Assembly (NCBI GenBank): GCA_951406725.2
Contig: OX597814.1
Location: forward strand, 158,410,001-158,474,000
Source of the DNA: Octopus vulgaris
Taxonomy: Eukaryota
Direction: 5' to 3'
Length of the DNA: 64,000 bases
Shown: positions 53,127-64,000 of the stretch, piece by piece
How the letters are laid out: the number at the start of each line of letters is the position of its first letter
How positions within the stretch are numbered: position 1 is the stretch's first letter
Made by a program: the position numbers and the translations under genes
Notes under the pieces: generated by a model
Seen by the model: the letters and a program-made list of their open reading frames with translations, nothing else
What the model was told of the DNA's origin: nothing
The model's database searches: none

Positions 53127-54108
53127 GAGCAAAACGCCCCCCCCCCGTCCAATGGACGGTACTGAGTTGTCAAACATTTAAACCAAATTTTCTCAAAACA
53201 GCTTGTCCGACCGTCCCATAGGCCTTTTCTTTGAGAAACACTAATTTAACCTAAATTTGAGACACCAGTAAAAGAAGAAATAAAGATAGACTTTTTTCTA
53301 TTCAAACGAAAAACGATTTTATTCACACAAATATGAAACCGAAGAATTTAAAGTACCAGTAATGATAAGGCTGTCGAGTGGAAGAACACAAACATGGTTT
53401 AAACAGTAAGCTTGGCAGGAAAGAAACGTGCCTTTAAGTAGGAAAAAAACAACAAAAAATGAAAGGTGCAGTTATGTACAGGTTGGCGGAAGAAAAGCAG
53501 GACAAAAACGATGCATGCAAATTGGTTAACTGGAGGTAAATCTAGATGGAAAAGCATGAATTTATAAGAACATACCTGGGACAATAATAAGTTTATCCGA
53601 TAAAACGTAGGAAATCAACTTGGGGCGATTTTTGATGAAAAGCCACAACCTAGGGAACTAAGTAACTAATTCTAAGCTGACTTACTTTACGGGATGTTCA
53701 AGAGCATGGAAAAGCTAGTGGAGCGCAGCCTTGTAAACCACATTCCTTGTTACTCCGTCTGGAGCGTAGTAGAAAACGTTTGTCGAACAGCCAACACCCC
53801 AACGACCCACATACAGTTGTTCGTGCGAAAAGCAGGGAGTGCTGAGGTCCAACCCCACGACTTTCAATGACTGCCCCTGCACGTGCATTTTTCTCATGTA
53901 CGCGTAGTATAGATTGCAACAGCTGATGTACTTGCGAGTACAAATGCAGGTTCCCACGGCTTTATCGATCGCATTCTCACCTGGAATCGAATTTTGCAAT
54001 TTTTTCAAGACGCCCTGATACCGTCGGTATCTACATATCAAATTTGAGCGCAATCGGTTGGAGGATGCCCGAGATCCTAGAAGACACACACACAGACAGA
54101 ACGGATAT
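53124..54108 (-). mobile_element. Non-autonomous Helitron retaining the Pif1 helicase C-terminus
   Basis: QGQSLKVVGLDLSTPCFSHEQLYV...TRNVVYK. 3' hairpin CCGTCCATTGGACGG followed by CTCG|T; the 5' part has a CTGTCTGTGTG repeat and CTCAAATTTG core. Confidence 0.85.
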
Positions 54109-54129
54109 ATATCATTATTCAGTTATTCA

Positions 54130-54865
54130 GTTTTGTTTCAAGATTTCTCGCCAATAGAGAAAGAGATGGTTTCTAATATAGATCCAAAGCTCCTTGGTTG
54201 GAATTTCAACATCAACAGGGTATTTTTGTATGTATGTATGTATGTATGTATGTATGTATGGATGGATGGATGGATTGATGGATACGTGAATGGATGGATG
54301 TATGGTTGGATGGATGGATACGTGCAGTTTTGTATGTTTTGTTTTATTTATGTATTCTCATGCGTATACTTGCATATCTAGGCATGCTCCTATATACTTA
54401 AGTGATAAACTTCTGAAAAGTTTTACAGGTTTTTACAGTTCCAGTGATGGCTTGGATCTGTAGTCTTCGAATTATCTTTCTCCTTTCTGGTTTTGAGGAG
54501 CCTAATTTCTCAAGATTGTTACTTAGGTAATGTATTACATGTCCCAGTGCCCCAATGATTATAGGTATATTCCTGAACTTGTAATCTGAATAGGGTAATT
54601 GTAGATTTCTCAGTAGCTCAGAGGAAGTATTTTCTTTTCGGCGATCTTTGGCTTTTATGTTAACATCCGGTTGACAGATGATTTCCACAGCTTTACACTG
54701 TTGTTCTTTATTTCAAATCACTACATCAAGTCTATTGTTTTTACATTTTATTGAGATTCGCAAGTGGACATTCCACCAGTACTTCGTTTTATTATAAGTG
54801 GCTATCGCTTCTACCATATAAGTGGATTCTTATTTCTTTGGCATCAGAGTTTTCCTACAGGCTAG
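54130..54865 (-). mobile_element. 3' end of an R4/Dong-like LINE (RLE domain)
   Basis: ORF 54398-54688 ...PIIIGALG...IRRLQIQAITGTVKTCKTF, with upstream KNNRLDVVI. Same family as 3050-4050. Confidence 0.85.
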
Positions 54866-55356
54866 TATACTTGTATGTATGTGTGTGTGTATGTATGTAT
54901 GTATGTATGTATGTATGTATGTATGTATGTATGTATGTATGTATGTATGTAGGTAGGTAGGTATGTATGTATGTATAATGCGGCCAGTTGGTAAAGACTA
55001 GATTGCTTTGCAGAATTCATTCCGACTCTTTGCACTCTGAGTTCAAATCGCACCGGAATCAACATTGCTTCTCGTTCTTTCCGGATCTATGGTTCTCTGA
55101 CTCTTTTCTTTTGTCTGTCTCTTTCTCTCCTTCTGTAAGAAATCGACTGTCGACAAATATGCTGAAAAATGGACTCTAACAAATCTAAAAACGCCTAAGG
55201 TACACCATGTACCACAGTGGTGCACTTAAGTTGCATTTAAAGAGTGAAGAGGCAATGCATGTGCATATGCATATATATACAACACACACACACACATATA
55301 TAATGCATATAAATATGAATATATATAGATAGACAGATATATATTGCATATAAATA

Positions 55357-55387
<31 letters not shown>

Positions 55388-55426
55388 GTATAATGCAAAC
55401 AAATATATATCTTTGTATATGTGTAT

Positions 55427-55507
<81 letters not shown>

Positions 55508-55593
55508 AAAGCACACACACATACACAAATATATATAATTATTTGCATTATATGTATAAATATAAATATATTTTTTTTAAATATATTTATATG

Positions 55594-55633
<40 letters not shown>

Positions 55634-55644
55634 GCATACATACA

Positions 55645-55680
<36 letters not shown>

Positions 55681-56739
55681 TATAGTTGATTTAATACGTT
55701 CACATAGATAGTACTAATTTACAAATTACATAATATAATATAATAAAGAGTCTACACTACCGTACCTTTTGACAATTTAAACTATGATGGTCTCGACATT
55801 TTATAAAAGTAGGTTGGAGCAACGACGGCTACCTTTATAATGCGATTTAAATTCTCGCTTTTAATGATAACTCATGCTATTTTCTCTACTTCGGCTACTG
55901 TAGTTCTGTTGTCGCTGTTCCTGCTGTCGTCATCGCTGCTGCCACCGCCAACGCAGTCAACCTAATTAAGTGGACTAGGATTGCAGGAAATCGATATCGC
56001 GGTTTCCAGCATCTGCAACCCTGTTCATTATAAACAAACTGTTGATTCTTTACAAAAGCGTACTTTAATTTTTATTGTCGTTTTTTAAAAAAAATTTGCA
56101 CTCACAATATTCTGCTCGATCTGTAGGTATCTCCTTTACTGTTACAATCTATCAGTCTTTTCATAATTTATTCCTTTCTAAGATATTTCTTATACTTCAC
56201 ATACTTTTAGCAGTCAATGCACTTTCTATATTTGCCTTTTAACTGATAATCTTTATCTATATTTCTCTTTCTACTTTCTTTATATGATCTGTCTTTCCTT
56301 CACTTTCTACATATTGTTTAGTTCATGTGGAGCAGCAGTTCAATAATAACTGGATATTTTTGGATCTTGAAAAAAAAAAAGAATTATTAATAGGAAAACT
56401 TGCGCAGGAATATAACATATGAAAAAGATGCTAAAGTGAACGAGTCGCTTGAAAACGGACTTTTACTGAACTAGAAAAAGTGTTTAAAGTAGCAGGACTA
56501 AGAAAGGTGGAAGCGGTGGCGGTGATGGCAGAAAGTGTGAAACAGTATGATCATTATTTTTTAGTATGAAAAAATCTACCTCTCACTAAATCTTCATTGG
56601 AATTTTAAAAGCTAGGTGAGGAAAAGAAAAGATAGAAAAATACTGACATTTACAGCGGGGAACTTGGCTGAAAGTTTCGTGATCATCACCGTCATCGTTG
56701 ACGTTATCATCATTAACACATCATCATCATCATCATCGA

Positions 56740-56782
<43 letters not shown>

Positions 56783-58503
56783 GACATCATCATCAACATC
56801 ATCATCATTCAAACAGTTCTTTTCCCTATCCATTTCTTTATAATTAATCATTGCCACTCTACATTAGAATAATCAATATGATTATCTAACATCTTCTCAT
56901 TTGTCATATATGATTTAATTTAAATATTAGCCTTTTTAAGATGATTTGAATAACAGCCTACACCGTTATGTTTGTTTTAAAGATATTTGAACGGTTTTCT
57001 AACTGAAGAAAATTACTTTTTCAGCATCTACCTAATATTTCTTCTAAGTTTCTCTTCCTTCCTCGATATTTTTGATATGTTCATACTATAAGAACACGAA
57101 CTCTAGTTCAGAGTGCTTTATGTAGAGGAAAGTTAACAGTGCACAAAAAGTTATTAAAATTATAACAGAAGCTGTGCTAATTAAAACTAACTGAAGTAGA
57201 CTGTAATCTATACAGAATTTTTACTTCATGAAATAAAATTCCAGACGAAACAACTATCGCACTATTTGGAATAAATTTTCCTATCTTTTTTTATTTATTT
57301 TTTTTTTCATTTTTTTGCTTCATTACACAATTCACATGGATTAAAATTCCAGGAAGCAAAAGCAATTTTCAGATATCTTTCCGGAGAAAACTGCCAGTCG
57401 TTGAATTTGATACAGGTAATAAGTTTACTCAATTATATTCGCTTGAGTGGAATCTTGAAAATATTTTCAACTATAACACTTTTAAGGTTTCTTTTTCTCC
57501 TTCGATAAGTCTTCTTTTTGTGCAACTAAATATTTTCCGACAATGTGTTTGTCTTGTTGATCTCGGTAAATATTTCATTTAAACATTATGTGTATAATAA
57601 TTTCTTCAGAAAAATGCATTTCCATTATAAGAATAACAAACGAAAAACAAACATAACTTTCCATTGCATTTTATTTTTAAATAAAGAAGTCCTAAGATTT
57701 TTCACAATGTTTTATCTTCTAACTCAAATAACATTTCCATATTTATATATTTGGAAAGAACGGGTGTGAAAAGTATAAAGCAAAACATCATGTCATGTTA
57801 CTGAGTAGCGTAAATGAATATTATTTCATTTTTTCTGTAGCAACAAATTTGAAACAAAAGTTGTGTTATGTAGAATGAGATATAATACTATGCGTAAATT
57901 TACACAATTATGTCAGTCTATATCTTTGTATGCAAAATATTTGACATACATAACGTGATGAAATATGCATTACCGGGCATTTGCTTTCTTCTAAAAGATG
58001 CGGATATCAGATTTCGGTAATCTCTCCGACTGGATATAGATACTGATTTCGAGAAATAATCTATCTATCTATCTATCTATCTATCTAACTATCTATCTAT
58101 CTATCTATCTGTTTATCTATCAATCTATCACTCTATCAACATGTCTTCCACCTATGTCTATCTAGCTATTTCTTTATCTATCTACATATATATCTGTCGA
58201 TCTGTCCGTGTGTCTATTTGTCATTGTAGTATGTGAATATAGGCACTCACATGGACACACACCTTCACACATTCGCCCACACATGTAAAAACTAACACAT
58301 AAGCACGAGCATATATGCAACATTGTATACTTCAGTGCGCGTGTTTATGTGCGCTAGTCCCACTCAGCGCTTAAAAGCAGGTGTTGGAATATGCAGGTCG
58401 TTTCTTTGCGGTCTAAAATAAAACAGAAATGCTATTTGATCCCGTTTTTTAGGATAAGCGTGCACACACACACGCACACACACACACACACATGCTCACA
58501 CAA

Positions 58504-58571
<68 letters not shown>

Positions 58572-59101
58572 TTAAACATGCATTTATATATTCAAACCAT
58601 CATAAAATTATATATGTATATATAATATAAGATTCAGGGATCGATGTGTAGGAAAAAAGCACTCCGTAGTAGATATGAAAAAACAACTTTCAGGCACAAT
58701 AGTGGTTTATTGAATCGGAAGGTTGTGGAATTTTTTCATATCAAAGTATGATAAACTGAAAAAAAAGTTCTTCTTATATTTCACGGTAGGTAACCAGGGT
58801 TGCCGGGTGTGCGAATAAGAATACACGAGTAAAGTAATGGAATAGATAAGGTCCGGGCTACATATATTTCATAACGAAAGTAGTAAATATCCAAACGAAA
58901 GTAGCCTGTGTTATACAACTCGCTTGGGTATTTACCATTTCATAGGTTCCACTCCCTATGAATCATATGTAGCTCGGATCTTATCTACTCCATTCCTTAA
59001 CTTGTATATATATATGTGTGTGTGTGTGTATGTGTATAAAGAAACAAGAAAATGGAGATTGTGAAGTTAATAAGCGTTATTAACAACAATCTGAACATCA
59101 T

Positions 59102-59482
59102 CCCTTACAGCTTTTTCAATTATACAGAGTGAATTAATTAAAAAAAATTTATGTGCCCTTTTCAAGCCTAGCCAGGCTCATGGGCCCGGTTTCCCGGTTT
59201 CTCTGGCGTATGTGTTTCCCGTAGCTGGACGGGACGCCAGTCTATCGTAACGTTACCCAAGGAACAGGAAGAAAAAGTGAGAGAAATTTGAGGCGAAAGA
59301 GTACAACAGGGGTCGCTCACCTCCTGCCGGAGCTTTGTGGAGCTTTAGGTGTTTTCGCTCAATAAACACACACAACGCCCGGTCTGGGAATCGAAACCGC
59401 GATCCTCCGACCACGATTTCGCTGCCTCCACAAACCATCTTAATATTAAGTTCATATTTCTAAGCATAATATCTTCAGAGGG
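59102..59482 (-). ncRNA. Type I hammerhead split by a SINE inserted in loop II
   Basis: CCCT-CTGAAGA-T-ATTATGC-[loop plus SINE]-GTATAAT-T-GAAA-AAGCTG-TA-AGGG. Confidence 0.7.
59148..59439 (-). mobile_element. tRNA-derived SINE related to 29385-29690
   Basis: B-box GTTTCGATTCCCAGACC, GAGCGAAAACACCTAAAGCTCCAC and GACTGGCGTCCCGTCCAG on the minus strand. Confidence 0.9.
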
Positions 59483-59559
59483 AACAAAAAATATACCAAT
59501 AGATGACACCATCCCTTCGTGAGGCTAACATAACCGCTAATTGAATTTTATATAGTCTT

Positions 59560-59852
59560 TTCTTTTATTCCTTTAACTGTTTCAATCAATTGACTGCGGT
59601 CATGCTGGAACACCGCATTTAGTCGAACAAATCGACCCAGGACTTATTCTTTGTAAGCTCAGTACTTATTCTGTCGGTTCTTTGCCAATCCACTAAGTTA
59701 TAGGGACGTAAACACAGCAACATCAGTTGCCAAGCGATGGTGGTGGGGACAAACACAGATACGCATATACATACATACATACATACATACATACATACAT
59801 ACATACATACATACTACATACATACATGCATGCATATATATGTATATACATA

Positions 59853-59913
<61 letters not shown>

Positions 59914-60030
59914 GCAACGGGATTATTTCAGTTTCCGTCTACCAAATCGACTCAGAAGGCTTTGGACTTGCCCAAGGTGCCACGCAGTGGGACTGAACCT
60001 GGAACCATGTGAATGGGAAGCAAGCTTCTT
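59560..60030 (-). mobile_element. tRNA-derived SINE (family of 6240-6602)
   Basis: GCCCAAGGTGCCACGCAGTGGGACTGAACC head complement and shared tail. Confidence 0.9.
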
Positions 60031-60035
60031 AAAAC

Positions 60036-60119
<84 letters not shown>

Positions 60120-60391
60120 CACCTGAAAATGCATGTAGGTTTATGTGTATATGTATATAAACATAAGTATGCATAACTCTGTATGCGTGTGTGTGTGTAT
60201 GTGTAAGTGTGTTCAAGTGCGTGTGTGTACACGTTGTGAGTATGGTTCCTTTGTATTAAATCAACTGAAAGTTAGATTTGCGACTATAGGTCTTTGAAGC
60301 ACAGCTGCCTCAGATATGTTAATATCCTATACTAATATATTTATGCATACATTTACATAATTATGTCTACCTTTCTCTCTCTATCTTTCTT

Positions 60392-60440
<49 letters not shown>

Positions 60441-60594
60441 GGGTGTGTGTGATTGTGTATAGAAGAATATATTAATAAAAGGAATTCCAACCTTGTCTGA
60501 TTTTCACGTTTTATTTACAATCTTATAATGATATAATATAATATAATATAATATAATATAATAAAATAATAAAATGTTAAATGTTCATTCTGAT

Positions 60595-60639
60595 TGAACT
60601 AGTACTTTCATGCATTAAATTCTGCAATCTTCAGGTTCA
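60595..60639 (-). ncRNA. Minimal type I hammerhead (left arm of palindrome)
   Basis: TGAAC-CTGAAGA-TTGCAGAATTTAATGCAT-GAAA-GTAC-TA-GTTCA. Confidence 0.75.
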
Positions 60640-60716
60640 TGTAGTAGTGGTGACAGTCATGCTTCACAATTTTTGACAGTCAAAAATTGTGAAGCATGAC
60701 TGTCACCACTACTACA

Positions 60717-60761
60717 TGAACCTGAAGATTGCAGAAGTTAATGCATGAAAGTACTAGTTCA
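60717..60761 (+). ncRNA. Minimal type I hammerhead (right arm of palindrome)
   Basis: TGAAC-CTGAAGA-TTGCAGAAGTTAATGCAT-GAAA-GTAC-TA-GTTCA. Palindromic AGTACT stem III. Confidence 0.75.
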
Positions 60762-60880
60762 ATCAGAATGAACATTTAACATTCTATTATTTTATTTTAT
60801 TATATTATATTATATTATATTATATCATTATAAGATTGTAAATAAAACGTGAAAATCAGACAAGGTTGGAATTCCTTTTA

Positions 60881-60952
<72 letters not shown>

Positions 60953-61245
60953 CATATATAATATAAATAATATATATATATATGCATATATACATAAAGA
61001 TATGTAAATACATACATATATATGTATATATATAAGAAAACACAGTTGGATACGTAGACAAAAAACAAAACAAATGGAAAACAAGACAAATAACATAAAG
61101 AATGAACTTTCATCAGTTGTCGGTTGTCCATCTACTCCTCATTTCGAGCATTGAACGATACATATACATATATTTATATATATATATACACACACACATT
61201 TATATGTATATGTATATTTACGTACACACACACATATATATATAC

Positions 61246-61294
<49 letters not shown>

Positions 61295-61444
61295 TGTGTG
61301 TGTGTGTGTCTGTGAGTCTGGGTGCCTTTGTGCGTGTCCGTGTTTGTCTGCTCGGGTGTGTGTATTTGTGTATTTTAAAGTAGAGGAAAAGTTACATGCG
61401 TGACAACAGATTTTTGACTCAACATTTTTGCATCTATGTTAGTA

Positions 61445-62608
61445 TATATAGCCTATAAATAATGCAGTTTTTTCAATTGCGTTAACTAAAAGTCGGAGTG
61501 AGATGTGATAAACTACCTGCATCAACTTGCTATAAAATCAGATAGTAATTTTACCTAGTACTGATTCTCAGTACAAGTTTTGAAGAATGCAGTTCGGTTT
61601 TAGCAGTTATTTTTTCAAAGCTATAGTGGAAGTAACAAAGACTCATATTCGGCATATTTTGCTTTATGAGTTCAATAAAGGAAACATGCAAATGCGAGGA
61701 ATATTAATGCAGTATATGGAGATCGAACATTAAGCGTAAGCCAGTGTCAACGGTGGTTCCAGGAATTCCGAGCCGGAAACTACAACCTAGAAGACGAGCC
61801 TCGTTCTTCCTGGAAGATATGTAGAGCTCGACGAAGACATCCTGCAAACCCTGGTGGAAAAAGTCCCATCGTAACTGCTGAGGAACTTGCAGAGAAGCTC
61901 ATTCAACTATACATCGACACCTGCGGAAAAGTCAGCAAATTGGGTTAATAGGTTCCTCACAAACTTTCCAAGTCTAAACGCGTGCAGAGAGTGAATGTGT
62001 GCTCCTCTTTGGTGTCACGTCTCACGAATGAACTTTTTTTTAACCGAATAGGGACTAGTGACGAGAAGTGGGTTCTCTATAAAAATGTCAAGCGCTGATG
62101 GCAGTGGCTAGGGAAAGGAGAAACACCGGCATCCCAGGCTAACCAAACGATAACAAAGGAGATCTACTGCGAGCAATTTGGGAGGTTAAAGTCAGCGCTA
62201 GAAGAAAAACGACCATCTTTTGTTTCAAGACAAAAGGTGTTCTTCCATCATGCTCGGCCACATACAGCGAAGATGACATTCCAAAGGCTGGAGCAGTTTA
62301 AATGGGAAACGATGCCCCATCTACCGTATTCGCCGAAGATTGCACCATCTGATTATCATTTGTTCCGCACTCTTCAAATTGATCTGGACGGAAAAATAAG
62401 AATTTTGTAGACGAGGTCAGAACAGTACTGGAGGAGTATTTTTCGTCACGGACAAATGAATTTTGAAAGTGGGGCCTTGCAAGTCTACTAGATAGATGGA
62501 AGAGCTTTGTAGAAAATGAAGGAGAGTATATTTGAGATAAACAGAATTTGTTTATCTTAATTTTAAAAAATATAAGTATAAAGACCGCATTATTTATGGG
62601 ATGACCCC
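61445..62608 (+). mobile_element. Decayed mariner (DD34D) with internal deletion
   Basis: HIRHILLYEFNKG, TSDEKWVLYKNVKR, ARPHTAK and YSPKIAPSDYHLFR. TIR remnants ATAAATAATGCAG / CCGCATTATTTATGGGATGACCC. Confidence 0.9.
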
Positions 62609-62738
62609 GGTGCCCCGGTACGGCCGCAGCCTCAAGGCTGAAACATGAAAGAATTAAAAAAATGAAAGTATATATGTGTGTGTGTTTGTGTATGTGTGTG
62701 TGTGCGCGCGCGCGTGTGTGTATATGTATGTATGTATA

Positions 62739-63997
62739 CAGGGGATGGATAAACTAATAGAAACACGTTAAAATTTCAAACAAATCTAATTTAATATGGG
62801 ACACGACCGCCTTTGGCAATAATTACAGCTTGAATTCTACAAGCTATGGATTCATACAGAGTTTGAATTGATTCCAAAGGAATTCTTCAGCTAAAACCGT
62901 CTCCAGTTCTTGTAGTGATGATGGTGGAGGATATTGACTCCTTACTTGTTTTTCTAAATGCACCGTAAAGGTTCAATAATTTCGATATCTGGGGACTGTG
63001 GTAGCCAGATAAGATGTTCAACGTCACTAGAATGTTCCTCGTGCCATTCAGTAACATCTTTAGCTCTGTAATTGGTGCATTATCATCCTGAAAGATTGCG
63101 TTTTCTTCCGGAAACAGTTCCGCAACTATAGGATGAATTTGATCAGAGAAAATGTTTTAATAGTATTGACTATTAATTCTGCAATGAAGGAAAACCATTG
63201 GGCTAGCGGATTTCCATGATATAGCTCCCCCATCCGCCAGATCATCACCAATCCTCATCCCTGTTTAACAGTTTGAAGAAGGTAGTCTGGGTCAAATGCT
63301 TCTTTTAGCTGTCTCCACACGTAAGTCGGCCGGTGGTCATAAATAAGCTAAAGAATGACTCGTCCGAAAAAATAACATTCTTCCACTTGCTCTAGGAATC
63401 AATTCTGCAGGTTTTACTCCACTCTAAATACTTTGCAACGTCTGTTTTTGAAAGTAGTGGTTTTCTGATAGCAGCCCTCCGTGAAATCCGGCTTTGTGCA
63501 GCTCCCGGCGAACAGTCTTTGTTGAAACTGGGTTCTCAAGGTGGCCATTAAGCACTGCAGTAATTTTGGGAGCTGTACTTTTTGGTGCTTTCTAACAATT
63601 CGCGTAAGAGTCCTATGGTCCCTATCTGAAAGTTGTCTTCCGGAGTTCTGTTTCGACGAGGAGGGTTTTCTGTCTTTCTCAAAGGCTGTCATTACTTTCG
63701 AATCAGTACTTCTTGATATACCAAACATTTCGGCTGTTTTCGTTACACTGGCGCCTGCCATATGAGCACCAACAATTTGACCTCTTTGAAAGTCTGATAG
63801 ATCTGTCATTTTCATGAATTTTAATTGCATTTTTCTAATGATATCTGAACAAAAAACAGCAAACATATTAAGCAACACTAAAAATGAATAAAAGAAACAT
63901 AAAATAAGCAAAATACAAACTTTTGACGGGTTTTATAGATATTTCAAAGTTATGATGCCATGATGCTAGGTGTTTCCATTATTGTGTCTAACCCTTG
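62739..63997 (-). mobile_element. Full-length decayed Tc1-like element (DD34E)
   Basis: TIRs CAGGGGATGGATAAACTAATAGAAACAC / GTGTTTCCATTATTGTGTCTAACCCTTG. Motifs MTDLSDFQRGQIVG, FSDES, FQDDNAP and PQSPDIEIIEPL. Confidence 0.93.
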
Positions 63998-64000
63998 TGT

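Larger units (their letters stand above)
60467..60889. repeat. Near-perfect 423-bp palindrome (211-bp arms, 1-nt spacer)
   Basis: Centre TTTTTGAC-A-GTCAAAAA at 60678. About 3 mismatches between the arms, counted by eye. Confidence 0.97.

Noticed and set aside
580-61383. Numerous ORFs of MYVC, YIYI, HTHT, CVCV, poly-N/D/I type in the ORF track
   Set aside because: They are translations of (TATG)n, (TA)n, (CA)n and trinucleotide microsatellites, not genes.

Overview
This is AT-rich, microsatellite-dense eukaryotic DNA. The repeat content (tRNA-derived SINEs, Tc1/mariner, R4/Dong-like and CR1-like LINEs, Helitrons, Penelope-like elements) suggests a cephalopod such as Octopus; that assignment is an inference. 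I can support no intact host protein-coding gene, and most entries in the ORF track are translated microsatellites. The main signal is a dense set of hammerhead-ribozyme (HHR) motifs from several Penelope-like element (PLE) families. (1) A canonical type I HHR with a long stem II lies behind a GIY-YIG ORF that seems to lack a reverse transcriptase. (2) Two minimal HHRs share an A6U core change. (3) One HHR is split by a SINE insertion. (4) A near-perfect 423-bp palindrome carries one HHR on each strand. (5) Most unusually, a four-copy repeat has a consensus containing all three hammerhead strands in an order that is not a circular permutation, implying a pseudoknotted topology. All folds were read by eye; no ribozyme activity is demonstrated.
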